This document shows, one piece after another, positions 25,445-39,479 of a stretch of 64,000 nucleotides of DNA. The stretch is from Antechinus flavipes (taxonomy: Eukaryota). The first letter of the stretch is position 1, and every line of letters begins with the position of its first letter. Both the position numbers and the translations under genes were made by a program. The stretch covers positions 117,428,001-117,492,000 of the forward strand of contig NC_067401.1 in assembly GCF_016432865.1 (NCBI RefSeq), written 5' to 3'. Below the pieces are notes generated by a model, which saw only the letters and a program-made list of their open reading frames with translations, searched no databases and was not told where the DNA came from.

Positions 25445-28259
25445 CTAAAAAACATTTTTAATATTAATGGATAATATGAGAAAAGTACACTCTTTGTTCA
25501 GTATGCTATATCATTTCATTACATCTGTTATATACCATGCCTTTCAACTCTGATGCTATCTAGATAGGGAAGATGTAATAAGATCTGATGAAATCTTCAA
25601 GATTCAAGTTTAAAAAAAAGAACTTTAGGTCACAGTTTAAAGAATGGAAAGGGACTCTATATAATATCCATCTTTTATACTAAACATTTAATACATTTTA
25701 TATAGAAACTCTATTTTTGATTATTTTTAGTATACTTGTTTTGATAAATATCAAATTGAGAATGAACTTCACTATTTTGAAAATAGTTGAAAAAATTGTC
25801 AGAGTTTTCTGTTTATGAACATTTTTCCTAACAAGGTTCAAAATTATAGGTTTCTTTAGTATTTCTCTAGTATTTTTATTAAGTTACTTTTGCTGATGGG
25901 TAGTAGTGAAATAAATAAACATCTCAAAACTCTTACCATGTGAACATTTCTATTAATTTAACATAAAACATCATATATTCTAATTATTCTTATCCATTGT
26001 TAAGATACCATTAAAGCCTCACTTTTAAAAGAACAGATAATATGAAATTTAAAAAATGATTTGTTAATACATGAACAATTTTATTGTGTCATCACATTTA
26101 CAAATGTTTAAAGAATCTTTTCCCCCTTGTGGCCCAATAATTTAACAAAGACTCCAATCTTACTAGGATCTAATCAACTAGTCAGATCAAGAAAGACAGA
26201 CAGCTAATTTAATCCCAAACCACAAGAAGCAGGATGTCTGAATCCCATCCTTCAAGAACAATGCTCAGAACTTACTTTAAAATTTTCAAGCTAGAATCTG
26301 ATAAAGGATAGAGAAGGTCCACAAGAAAAGTTGTCTATGCATAGGATACCAATACACTGTAGTTATATGGAATATTTAAAGTGAAAGAGTACAGCAGAGA
26401 TTTAGTGGTTCTCTGGGGTATGAATATAAAATTTTAAAAAATTTCCAAAATTGACCTGAAATACAAAAAGATTAATGATCAAAAAATAAACTTTCTAACC
26501 ATAGTTTTATTGCTTATAGATGTAGATGACAAAGTATTTGTATTTCCACAGTAGGCTGGTGTTTATAAGAATATTATATAAGAATAAAAATAAAATTTGC
26601 CCCTTAAAAAGGCAGATTTAATAGTTTATTTTTTCCATGAATATTTCTTATAAAACAACAAATAGAAGATAGATAATATTGGATATCGGAAACATTTTTC
26701 CCCAAATCACAAAAGAAAACAAAAAATATCACATATATCTAATGAAATTTATATTTCTATGAAGATGTAATAAAACAGGTTATTTCTACTTAAAAAAAAA
26801 AAACTCCTAAAAACTATAATAGGATATATTTGTAAAACACCATCACAATAACAAAGGCAGAAATTATTCTATCTTCTTGTCTTTTGGTGGTAGTCAGAAA
26901 ATCAAAGAGAATTCAAACTATTCTCTGAAATTGCTATTCAATTAAGAATAAACATTTTCAGATTGTAAATTATAGCATCTAAAAATTAATCATTAACTTA
27001 ATCCTTCAGTGTAGTTTTATTACTTGTGATTTATTTCCGAGAGGAAACAAATCATCTTTTCTTGAAGAATAAAGATGCATTTTTAAAAAATAAAATATAC
27101 ATTTACGTCACATAAAAAGTTTTATTAATTTATATTCTCTTAAAAACACAATGAAATTAAAATCCCTTATTATTTTAACATGTCAATATTTAGTAGGAAA
27201 TACAATTCTGAAAGATTATGTGAAACCCATAAATTGCTTTATCTATGAATTTTAAAAGAAATGAATTATTTTTTAAAAAATTTAAAAGTAAAGGAGTTGT
27301 TATAAAAGGGTTCCAAAACAAAATATATTCTAAACAATATTTAAGGGGCAAAAACAATTTTCTCTGACATTTCCAGATTCAAGATAAAAACTGTCTTATT
27401 AAATAATTTCAGTTGAATGCTTTAATATTTTTAAAAGAAAATATTATTAAAAGTATTTCTCGTCATATTTTTAAAAAATTCTTGTTTTTATGCTTATCAA
27501 TCTATACTGGTATCTCCTGGAGTAATTACTAAATGTAGTCTGATATAGAGATATTTCAGTTTGAAGTTACTTAGATTAATCAAATAACAGCTTCAAGTAA
27601 ATACAAAATACAAGTACTGAATCTTAATCATTAACTCAAAAATTAAAAGTTCAAATTTAAAGAAACATCTTTCTCATTTATACCCCTTAAAAGTAATTTG
27701 TAACAGATGCTTTTGTGATGACAATTGATTTAAGCAGTAGAATATCATAAAATTATAAAAATTCGGTTTCTATTTTAGCCTTTTCATTCTGGGACATTTC
27801 TTTTATTACAGAATTTAAATATTTTTCAACATATAAATGCACAAATAAAAGAGAGAAAAAATAGTATAAGAGATCAACTCCTTCCCCAAGAACTCATGAA
27901 TAAAAAAGTAAGGAACAATCAATTCAGAAGACTCATTATCTTTTGCTTTTGAGGGATAGGAAGGGATGTTATTAGTATTCTGAACTGATGGCATTCTTTC
28001 ATGAATAACCACATTTATTTCAATTATATGAGAAATGATGACTATATTTATTAACTAGATATAATAAGTCGTCCAGACATCCATAAGATTAAATATCTCT
28101 AATCCCCACAAATATTCTTTTTCAGGGATTACAAAGAATACAAAAAACGAAAAAAAATGTTCAATAAGGCAAACATTATTAAGAAAACCAAGTAGTAAGG
28201 GGACTATTTCTCTTATTTGGTGTATAATCCTCTTTTAAATTAATAGAAATAAAAGGATC

Positions 28260-28520
28260 ACAAAGGAAAATTCAATCTTTGTCTCTTTGGATACACCCTT
28301 GTTTATGACTATACTGCACATAAATTAATTCCCTTCCCTTCTTTGTAAAAGTGGGAGAACTATATATAAAGTTGTACATAATGTCATACATGGTTAATAT
28401 ACTGGTTAGTTTTGTTGAATGGCTTTTATTCTTCTCTATTTTTGTTATGAGGATAGTGGCTCTTTTGGAAGAGAAGGGAGATGGATACCTTAAAAAATAA
28501 AAGTGAGGTTTAAAAACAAA
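28260..28520 (+). mobile_element. Old L1 3'UTR remnant
   Basis: ...gttgtacataatgtcatacatggttaatatactggttagttttgttgaatggc... followed by an A-rich end. Confidence 0.5.
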
Positions 28521-30516
28521 AAATTTTGAAGAAAAAATAATTTTAGTTGAGAAACAAAAATTAAACTAGAGGTCCAAGCCAAGCTAAGTAGAAATATTTT
28601 GCCTCTTAGGAAAAAAAGTTGAATCTCCTTCTAAAGAAAGTTCAATGGCTTTTTAATTGAATCTTTTACTTTTATAAGGAAAAGGCTAGAAGGAGAGGGA
28701 TCTGCTAAAGGGATTTCATAAATTTAATCATGCATTTAACATATACTAACTGTGACTTTCAGTTCCTATAACATTTTCTAGCTCTTGCATAATGCTCTGA
28801 GATTTAAAGTTATATTTCCATACTAAATGATGGAAGAATATTTTAAAAATATAATATTGCAAAACCTGTAAAATTCTCATAAAAAAGCAAGTGACCAGTA
28901 GTAGCATATGTACCTTTGAAATTTTTATTTTCTTCTTCCTATAGGATGATATCAATTTAGAACTTGAGGAAAATTCTAATCATAATCGGAAAGTTGCTGG
29001 AATATTATGGTGATGGGCTTTTAGTGTAACATTATATAACTTGTACCAAGACCAAAAGACATTATTAATAGAACAAAAAGAACTTATGCTTATAAATATG
29101 AGCAAATTTTTATTATTTTTCATTCAAACTTATTTTAATAAACTTTAGTAAACCCAAGAATGTTCTAGATGAAGAAACTATTAATTCCCATCACTAAAAA
29201 GTTAATTTCATTTCCAATAGCATATTTAGTTTGATGACATATTTTAACACCTTTTTCTCTTATGACCTAAATGCAACAAATACTTTATTTTTATTTTTAG
29301 GCTAATAAATTTTAAACTATTTTTCATAAAATGATTTCAGAATTCTTTACTTTCTGTACATTTTGGTAGCCTCTGTATTACAGTTCTTACAGTGCTAATT
29401 TCCAGAGAAGTATTTCATATCTATGACCATACTCTTATTAGTCTCATTAACTTATCTAAAGATCAAAAAGAATTATTTTAAGTATATGCTTTTTAAATAA
29501 GATAAGCTAAGGAATAAAGGATAATGGTATTATCTACATTATACAGCATTAAAATATTATAATCACATTATTTAATACAATAGTATCAAAAATATTTAGG
29601 TGGAATGGGTTGTTAGGATTATCTATACTTATAGTATCCTAAGGGAGCAGTATAACCAAATCAAATTGATTACTTCCTCAATTTACATTCCCCAATTCTT
29701 CAAAAATCTTGACAAAATTTTTTTTTAAGTTACTAAAATAATCTAATTTCTCAGGATGCATAAGCCAGTTTCACAACTTTCAAACATTTCACAACTAAAG
29801 TGCCTAAGAGGAAAGTAATTTTAACAAAGTCTAAATTTAATGATACATTCTTTTACAGTTAGCAATTCATACCCCCTCCTCTGTGTTTTATAGAAATTAA
29901 AATTCAGTTACTTACAGGTAAATAATCTCTCTCCCTCTCCCATAATATTATGATGCTAGTCTTTCTTCTCATCCATTTGTGACTCATTTTCCCTAAACTT
30001 TTCCCTCCATGTCACCATACTTGAGATATTAAGGGTGGGGGATCCAGCAACATACTTCCTTTGACTATAAGAAAATTTGGACTGAGGAAAATTACTATAT
30101 AAATGCTTATTGCTTGGGATTAATCATCAGATTTCAAGGACTGATGACAAAAAAAAGACAAGTAAGGTCTGAAGACTAGGAATATTACTTCATACTATTG
30201 CTTCACATGTGCTTTAGCTAAGAACTAGATTTCTGGTCAAATAGGCAAAAAATAGGATTAAAATTATTAGGTTAATATAGGGTTTTCATTAAAAGAAAAA
30301 AAAGATTTTGAATTAAGATATTTGCTTAATATTGGAATTCTACCGAAAATAAGTAAGCTTTGGAGAAATCTTTTAAATTTAACCATTTTTAGAAAATAAC
30401 TTCTACAAGGTCAATTTGGATCCTACTGTACTACTAATGCATTTGCTTGACTACTTCATGGAACTCAATTCATTCTTTTTTAATTCCCATATTTTAAAGT
30501 TCATGCCATTAGTTTC

Positions 30517-30708
30517 TTTTTTTTTTTTTAATAGCTTTTGATTTACAAGTAATATGCATGGATAATTTTACAGCATTGACAATTGCCAAACCTTTTGTTC
30601 CAATTTTTTTCCTCCTTCTCCCCACTCCCCCTCCCCCCTAGATGGCAGGATGACCAGTAGATGTTAAATATATTAAAGTATAAATTAGATACACAATAAG
30701 TATACATG
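30517..30708 (-). mobile_element. L1 3' end with TSD
   Basis: TSD tcatgccattagtttc (30501-30516) and tcatgtcattagtttc (30709-30724). Confidence 0.9.
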
Positions 30709-31640
30709 TCATGTCATTAGTTTCACAAAACATCAAGACATAGTAGAAAAAGCACTGAACTGGGAATAATAGATATGTGAATCAGAGCCAAAAGGAACCC
30801 TTTAGTCATCAAGTCTAGCCCCTTTATTATTGTAGATGGGAACACTGAGACCTTGCTGAGAATCCCCATTCATTCACTTAACATTCAGCAACCTAACTTC
30901 TCTGAGGTATTTCATCCATAAAATGATTAAAAGTAATCAGATTACCCACATCATAAGCTTACTGCAGAGAAAAATGCTCTCTATAAATATGTGCAATGCT
31001 ATGGTTATCATTACAGTGTTTCCTTTCCCCAAAAAGGTGAAAATTTTATTTTTATACTAAGGATATATACATTGTAGTCATTTCATCCAAACTACTCTCC
31101 AACAAATACTTTAATATATTCATTGGATGAAAGAAAAAGTTAAGATTCATTATACCATTCGTGTCTAAAACATGGATTTTTGCAAAGCATAACTTCTGTA
31201 TTTCAAAGTATAACATTTGAGCTGCATGAATAAGTGAAAGAAAACATTTGCCATATTATAAAAATATTCATGTCAAGCTCTTGCATTCATGAGAAGTATT
31301 GCTGTAAACACCGACACTGCGTGGAAAGCATTAAGAAATTCCTGATCTTTTTTTCAAATGATTTCTAGTCAATCCTATGTGTACACAGATTTCCTAAATC
31401 AGGGCTACTTTAAAACATTCTGACATTTGAGAGAGAATGATAATAATGACCAAAATTTGGGGGAATTACCTGTGTTTTTCCATTACACAATGGTTCTTAT
31501 GCTGAGCCAGCACTGTTTCGAGAACAGATGCTGGGTAATTTTTCTGGAGAGATCAATAATGTCAATTAATGGCAAAAGCAAATAGCAAAGACAAAATGGT
31601 TCAATGCCCAGCAGAATTATTGGTTATAAGAAATATATGG

Positions 31641-31821
31641 GGAGCAGCTAGATGGCATAGTGGATAGAGCACCAGCTCTAAAGTCAGGAGGACCTGAGTT
31701 CAAATGTGACCTCATATACTTAACATTTCTAGCTATGACCCTGGGCAAGTCACTTAAACTCAACTGCCTCAGCAAAAAAAAAAAAAAAAAAAAGAAGAAG
31801 AAGAAGAAGAAGAAGAAGAAG
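31641..31821 (+). mobile_element. WSINE1-type SINE with A/(GAA)n tail
   Basis: Full SINE. TSD aagaaatatatgg at 31628-31640 and 31822-31834. The poly(A) tail has turned into a (GAA)n microsatellite. Confidence 0.93.
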
Positions 31822-33013
31822 AAGAAATATATGGTCATTTTGTCCATGTGTGATAAAGATACCATTCAAAATGTCTGATTTCTTCCTATCTGTATAATCC
31901 CAATTCAAAGTTGTTTTACATGGTGAATTCTGAATGTAGAACGAAAATTCACAATAATAGTAATTAATTATATTTATAGATTACCTTAGAGCTGGAGAAA
32001 ATGGCTAAAATATTAATTTATAGCAAACTATGACAATAATATAATTTAAGCATTTCAACAAAGAAAGCATATATGAAACTTATACAACCTATAGAACTGT
32101 TTAATTGTTCTTTGCTAATACTTGTAACAAAACAACATATATTATAATCGCTCTCCTTAGAAGGCATGCTTAAAAATTCTTAGCCTTCACTTTTTTCTCC
32201 TTATCAAGGTTATAAGATCAATTTCACAGTAATGTTAGTTTTAATTCACAATCACTTTTAAATGTTTTTTTCTCTCTGAGAAATAAATCCTAAAATGCAT
32301 CAACATCATTTAAAATTATTAAAAAGGAAGTTGGAGTTTAGTCTGAAAATTGGAGGTTTTCTTTAAATACTTGAAGCTCAGATTTAAAAAGAGCCAAAAA
32401 AGGACTTCATTGGTTTTTGAAAAATTTTATAAGACAATGGACCTAAACATACTTAAGAGGATAAAGATTGTTTGTGGCTAGGCATCAAGTTCTAGAGTTT
32501 CAGAGATCATTGTAAGACATTAACTTGGCAGAATAAAATGCCTGTGATAATAAAGTACAAAAAAAAAAGTTAAAGCTGCTACCAATAAAAGTTGTAGAAT
32601 ATAAAGTGTGCACACATCAAATGAAAACAATTAGAAAATGACCTATGCATCAAACCATGGAAAGGAGACTTTTAAATTCCATTAGTTTTCATATTATTTA
32701 ATGAAATTACTGAGCTTTTCTTACATATTAAAATAAGCTATTGCACAAATGTTCAACTGCTTAAAAAGAGTAACTTTCATATTACTTTAACAGTAACTGT
32801 AGTTACTGTCATAATAATATAATAGTAATAGCAAATAATTTTAATATTACTACATTTCAGAAATAAATGGTTAGCAACATTATTGTGGAAACAATTTCCA
32901 TTCATTATATAAATGTAATTAATTATAAATACAAAAATATACTTCATCTGTATGGTAAAATAACTGCTCACAAATATCCAAGCAATAGAAAATGAGATAC
33001 AAATAAAGATTTA

Positions 33014-33203
33014 TTTATTTTTTTTTAAAATAACTTTTTGTTGATAGAACCCATGTCAGGGTAATTTTTTACAGGATTATCCCTTGCATTCACTTCTGTT
33101 CCGATTTTTCCCCTCCCTCTTTCCATCCCCTTCCCCAATAGCAAGCAGTCCTTTACATGTTGAATAGGTTACAATATATCCTAGATACAATATATGTGTG
33201 CAG
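33014..33203 (-). mobile_element. L1 3' end with 15-bp TSD
   Basis: TSD acaaataaagattta at 32999-33013 and 33204-33218. Confidence 0.92.
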
Positions 33204-34162
33204 ACAAATAAAGATTTAATTGTTCTTTAAAGTAGCAAGAAATTCCTATCTTGTCGATTGAATTTAATAAATAGTATAAAATACTGTCAGTCTAAAAATA
33301 AAATTCAGATTTTTTTTTCTCATTCACACATATCTTCTAATATCTGAAAAAAACTTATCTTTGTGGTAGACCATATGGCATTCCTGTCACATATATCTCA
33401 CAAAAAAGTATGTGAGATATGCCCCAAAATAGTCTTTTACTTTTTCAAAAAATAAAATTTAGAAAAACTTAAATCTCTGTGGGCAAAACAGATTTTATTG
33501 TTCTGCCAAAACAAAGTGGCTTTGACTCCCTTTGGATAGTATGTAGGAACAGATAAGTTTACAAATAGAGCTATATATTTAGATAACCAAATTAATTTTC
33601 AATATGATTTTCATGTTATTAGTGGATAGTGACATTTCTCAAACCTGGAAGATAGTTTGGATTTCAAAGGAAAATATTAGACTTTTAACTTCTTGAGAGC
33701 TTAATGGAATTATATGCAGGACAATTAGCAACTTGATAATAATTTGGATTTAGTGTCCCCAAGGGGGAAAAAATGTGGGTTCAATAAATTCCATTGAAAA
33801 GAAAAACTGTTTTTATAACAAAATGTTCATTCCACTGCAACTAATTTCTACATCTTTTCCCCTTAACAAGTTAACAAGAAGAAGAAGAAATGACTTCTTA
33901 GAAGGGAAAGTTCAACAATTTTTATTCCAGAATGGGATTTAAGGAAAATAACATCAGACCTTCACTCAGAAATGAGAATTATTATTTGGAAGCAATTGGA
34001 CCAAATTGCTTAAACTAGTTTTTCAAATCTCAATACATACACTATGACATACATTACATTATCTGATTACATGAATTTTCAGTGTTGATTATGAACTCAT
34101 ATCTGGTAGAAATCCCCAAATGAAGAACCTTGGGTTTCTAAATATTAAAAATGTTTCAATAT

Positions 34163-34312
34163 GAGGCAACTAGGTGGCGCAGTGGATAGAGCACCAGCCC
34201 TGTAGTCAAGAGGGAGGACCTGAGTTCAAATCTGATATGAGACACTTAACACTTCCTAGCTGTATGACACTGGGCAAGTCACTTAACCCCAATTACCTCA
34301 GGAAAAAAAAAA
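34163..34312 (+). mobile_element. WSINE1-type SINE
   Basis: ggcaactaggtggcgcagtggatagagcaccagccc...gggcaagtcacttaaccccaattacctcagg plus A tail. Confidence 0.92.
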
Positions 34313-34816
34313 AGTTTCATTCCACAAAATTTATGAGGGAAAAAATTTAAATCAAGGAAGGAGTCAAAGCAGCAGAAGTATTACATTTCAAACACTTATT
34401 AGATTCTTTCTTCAGAGGCACCACTTAGTTTATTGCATCCTTTGCAACACTGGTTCTTAGAGAGTTAACCTTAACATTAAATGTTACACTAAGAAAAAAA
34501 AGAGGACATTCTTAAAATACTGCCTAAATAAAACTAATTACAAATACATTAAGTGCCAAATATTATGCCTAATATAGAAGATATGTATCTTTTAGATAGT
34601 TTGGAAATAAGGACTGAAGACTATCTGCTTTATTAGCAGGACATTAAAATTGTTACTTGTTTGATCTATGGAAAATCGAAGAGTTTATGACCCAATAATA
34701 AAGATAAAGAATAAACAGATAGAGATAAAGAGGAACAAGGGAAGTAAAATGAGTAATTCTGATTATGTGAAATTCTCAAACATAACCATACAACCAAAAT
34801 TAAAAGGAAAGCAGGA

Positions 34817-34958
34817 GGGGTAGCAAGATGGCATAGTTGATAGAGTACCAGCCCTGAAATCATGAGAATCTGTGTTCAAATCTGACTTACACTTAACACT
34901 TCCTAGCTGTGTGACCCTAGGCAAGTCACTTAACCCCATTTACCTCAGGGGGGAAAAA
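34817..34958 (+). mobile_element. WSINE1-type SINE
   Basis: Same consensus as the neighbouring copies. Confidence 0.88.
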
Positions 34959-34999
34959 AAACAAGCAAGCAAGCAGGGAAATGAAGAAAAAAGTTTGTA

Positions 35000-36185
35000 A
35001 TAAGTTTCTCTGACAAAAGCTTCATATCTCAAATAAATAGGGAACTGAGTCAAATTTTAAAAAATTAAGAGCAATTTCCCAATTGATAGTCAAAGGATAT
35101 AAAGTTTTCAGAAGAAAAAAATCAAAGATCAATAGACAAATAAAAAAAGCTCTAAACTACTACTACTTGGAGAAATGCAAATTAAAATAACTCTGAGGCC
35201 CTATTTCACATCTATCAGATTGGTAAAATTACAGAAAGGAAAATGACAAAAGCTAAAGGAAATGTGAAAAAATTGGGATATTAATGCACTATTGGTAGAG
35301 ATGTGAACTTGTCCAACCATTTTGGAAAACAATTTGGACCTATGTCCCAAAATGTTTATTCCTTTTCACCCAGCAATATTTGTACTAGGAGTGTATCCCA
35401 AAGAGATGAAAGAAAAAGGGAAAAGACCTATATATACAAAAATATAGAGTAGCTGTTTTTGGAAAGTAAAGAATTAAAACTTGAGGATTGGCCAATCATT
35501 TGAGGAATGGTTGTGATATATGATTGCAATGAAAATACTATTGTATTATAAGAAATGATAAACAAGATGCTTTTAGAAAAACTTAGGAAGAATTATTTGA
35601 ACTGATGAAGTGAAGTAAATAGAACCAGGAAACTATTTTACACAGTACCAACAATCCTGAAACAATGATCATCTGACAAAGACTCAGCTACTTTAAAAAA
35701 CAATTATCTAAGATAATTCTGTATTATTCATGATGAAAAATGCTATCTACCGGGGCAGCTAGTTGGTGCAGTGGATAGAGCACCAGTCCTGAAATCAGGA
35801 GGACCTAAGTTCAAATCTGGCCTCAGACAACTTAACACTTTCTAGTTATGTGGCCCTGGGCAAGTCACTTAACTTCAACTGCTTCAGAAAAAAAAAATTC
35901 TATCCACCTCCAGATGCTTGAACTCTCGAGATAAACTGAGTACAAATTGAAGTATACTTTTTTTTTTTTTTTTGCTGAAGCAATTGGGGTTATACAGGGT
36001 CATACAGCTAGACGTATACTTTTTTTAACTTTATTTTTCTTGCTGGTTTTTGTTGTTTTTGCAACATGACTAAGATGAGGATGTGTTTTGCATGATTTCA
36101 CAGGTATAAATGATATAATTTTTATCTTATGAGTGATAGAGGGGCAAAGGAAAAAAAATTAGTTTGCATCTCAAAATTAAAAAAA
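35000..36185 (+). mobile_element. Older L1 ORF2-end/3'UTR fragment interrupted by SINEs
   Basis: L1 3' sequence (gaaatgcaaattaaaataactctgagg...) continues across the SINE at 35752. Confidence 0.85.
35752..35897 (+). mobile_element. WSINE1-type SINE nested in L1
   Basis: Imperfect TSD aaaaatgctatctacc (35736-35751) and aaaaattctatccacc (35893-35908). Confidence 0.92.
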
Positions 36186-36294
36186 AAACAAAACCACAAA
36201 TAAATAAATAGAAAATAAAGAAGAAAGAGATCTGTTTTTGAGCTGACCATCAGGGAAAGAAAAGAAGGAAGGAAGGTTATAAGTATTCATATAG

Positions 36295-36530
36295 TAACTA
36301 CTATGAGCCAGCACTGTGCTAAACACTTTACAAATATTAAGTCAGTTGAGCTTCACAATTCTATGAAGTAGGTACTGTTATTATTCTCATTTTATAGTTG
36401 AAGAGTCAACCAATAGAGGTCATATGACTTGCCCAGAGTCATATAGCTAATAAATGTCTGAGGCCACATTTGATCTAAGATCATCCTGATTTTAGACTTA
36501 GCACTCTCTTCACAGCACTATGTAACTGCC
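36295..36530 (-). mobile_element. MIR remnant
   Basis: Reverse MIR consensus (gcactgtgctaaacacttt...attctcattttatagttgaag...acttgcccagagtc). Confidence 0.75.
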
Positions 36531-37169
36531 CTTCAGGATGTAACTAGGGTGACACACACCAAAAAACAAAACAAACAAAAAAAACACCCCAAAACAGAAA
36601 AAGGCTCTCTAAAGGCAGAGTACTTAGATTCAATTCATACTTAGATGCTTAAGTACATGATTTCGGGTATTCAACCTTCAGCTTCAATGTAAAATAAAGA
36701 GATAATACCACAATAAAATAGAACTGAACTAGATGGTCTCTAGGATTCATTCCAAATCTAGATCTATGAGCCTATAACCCAAAGTTATAATTATACTAAT
36801 TAAATCTGATGGGTGCTTAGATTTTTTTTAAACCTATGATTATTATTTTATTACAATAAAGGCTCCCAATAAAAAAGTAACTTTCATTACATTTGTAAAG
36901 AGGCTGATGTCAAACTCATTATTAGGAATATGTAAAATATCAAAATATCCTTACAATTTCTAATGGGCTTTGAAATAGTGACTACCTGATACTAAAGTCT
37001 CATATACAAGATTTAATCAGAATGAACTTTTCAGAAGCCATATGAAATAATAAATGCATTTTCATTTTTTTTTTCCTGGATAAAGCAAAAAATTTTTCCA
37101 TGATTCCTAATGTCCTAACGGAAAAACAATTTTCTATACTTTAGGAGATGTTTTTAAAAACATGTTTTG

Positions 37170-39060
37170 TGAACACTTTCCACACAAATAAAGTCAGAGC
37201 TAACCAACTAGAAAAATATTAAATGCTCTTGGATAGGGTGAGCAAATATAATAAAGATGAAATACTACCTAAGCTAATCTATTTATGCACTATACCAATC
37301 AGACTCCCAAAAAACTATTTTAATACCTAGAAAAATTAACAACAAAGTTCATATGGAAAAACAAAAGGTCAAGAATTTCAAGGGAACTAATGAAAAAAAA
37401 AATCAGATGAAGGTGGCCTAGCTGTACCAGATCTAAAACTATATTATAAAGCAGCAATTACCAGAACCATTTGTTATTGGCTAAGAAATAGACTAGTTGA
37501 TCAGTGGAATAGGTTAGGTTCAAAGGACAAAACAGTCAATAACTTTAATAATCTAGTATTTGACAAACCCAAAGACCCCAGCTTTTGGGATAAGAACTCA
37601 CTGTTTGACAAAAACTGCTGGGAAAATTGGAAATTAATATGGCAGAAACTAGGCATTGACCCACACTTTGACACCATATGACCTAGGCATAAAGAATGAA
37701 ATTATAAAAAAATTAGAAAAACATGGGCTAGTTTACCTCTCAGACCTGTGGAAGAGGAAGGAAATTATGACCAAAAAAGAACTAGAGATCATTATTGATC
37801 ACAAAATAGAAAATTTTGGTTATATCAAATTGAAAAGTTTTTGTACAAACAAAACTAATGCAGATAAGATTAGAAGGGAAGCAATAAACTGGGAAAACAT
37901 TTTTATAGTCAAGGATTCTGATAAAGGCCTCATTTCCAAAATATATAGAAAATTGACTCTAATTTATAAGAAATGAAGCCATTCTCCAACTGATAAGTGG
38001 TCAAAAGATATGAACAGACAATTCTCAGACAAAGAAATTAAAACTATTTCTAGCCATATGAAAAGATGCTCCAGGTCATTATTAATTAGAGAAATGCAAA
38101 TTAAGACAACTCTGAGATACCACTACACACCTGTCAGATTGGCTAGAATGACTGGGAAAGATAATGCAGAATGTTGGAGGGGATGTGGGAAAACAGGGAC
38201 ACTGATACATTGTTGGTAGAATTATGAATACATCCAGCCATTCTGGAGAGTTATTTGGAACTATGCTCAAAAAGTTATGAAACTGTGCATACCCTTTGAT
38301 CCAACAGTGTTACTACTGGGCTTATATCACAAAGAGAATTTAAATTAGAAATTTATGTATGTGCCAAAATGTTTGTGGCAGCCCTGTTTGTAGCGGCCAG
38401 AAACTGGAAACTGAGTGGATGCCCATCAATTGGAGAATGGCTGAATAAATTGTGGCATATGAATGTTATGGAATATTATTGTTCTGTAAGAAATGACCAG
38501 CAGGATGATTTCAGAAAGGCCTGGAGAGACTTACACGAACTGATGTTGAGTGAAATGAGCAGGACCAGGAGATCCTTATATACTTCAACAACAACACTAT
38601 ATGATGATCAATTCTGATGGACGTGGCCTTCAACAATGAGATGAAACAAATCAGTTCCAATAGAACAGTAATGAATTGAAACAGCTACACCCAGCAAAAG
38701 AACTCTTGGAAATGAGTGTGAGCCACTACACAGAATTCCCAATCCCTATATTTCTGTCTGCCTGCATTTTTTAGTTCCTTTCCTTTTTATTTCCTATTTT
38801 ATTTTTATTTTCCTTTTTATTTTAAGTGAAAAATTGTACACTATTTCAAAGTTGGATTCTTCTTGTTCAGCAAAATAACTGTATGGTCATGTATACATAT
38901 ATTATATTTAACATATACTTTAACATATTTAACATGTATTGGTCTACCTGCCCGCTGGGGGAGGGGGTGGGCAGAAGGAGAGAAAAATTGGAACAAAAGG
39001 TTTTGCAAATGTCAATGCTGAAAAATTATCCATCTTGTAAATAAAAAGCTATAATAAAAA
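37170..39060 (+). mobile_element. ~1.9-kb 5'-truncated L1 (3' half of ORF2 plus 3'UTR), disrupted
   Basis: Consecutive ORF-track peptides 37656..37976, 38010..38219 and 38369..38617 are L1 ORF2, broken by stops and indels. Ends in AATAAA and an A-rich tail. Confidence 0.95.
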
Positions 39061-39479
39061 TGCTGATTAGATTTAGTATAAATTAATTTTAAAAAAAATA
39101 AATAAGCTTCTGTGGCTTTCTATTATCTCCAAGATCAAATAAAATTCTATTTGACAATTAAAAAAAGACAAACAAACATGTTTTGTGGGTCTTTATTCAC
39201 TATCTAGTTGTCACAATTAACAAATAGCTAGATTTTCTGATCGTCTGACTGATTTTTTCTGAATCTAAAGTGCAGGTGATTGAATCTGCAAGTCCATAAA
39301 ACAAAATTTACAATAGTTACAGTGTGTGGGAAAGGAAAAGTTAAAAGACTGATGATGAACTTGAAAGAAATAGTAAAGGTTACTAAAATTGAGTCATTAT
39401 GGGATTTGGTCAACTATTTTGTCATGGTTAGGAAACTTTGTTAGTAGAGAAAGATAATGGAAAACTGGGATACATGGAA

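Noticed and set aside
31617-31878. Poly-F and poly-K ORFs
   Set aside because: These are translations of a SINE A/(GAA)n tail.
33393-33420. Perfect 10-bp inverted repeat (atatctcaca/tgtgagatat)
   Set aside because: Short and AT-rich; several are expected by chance in 64 kb.
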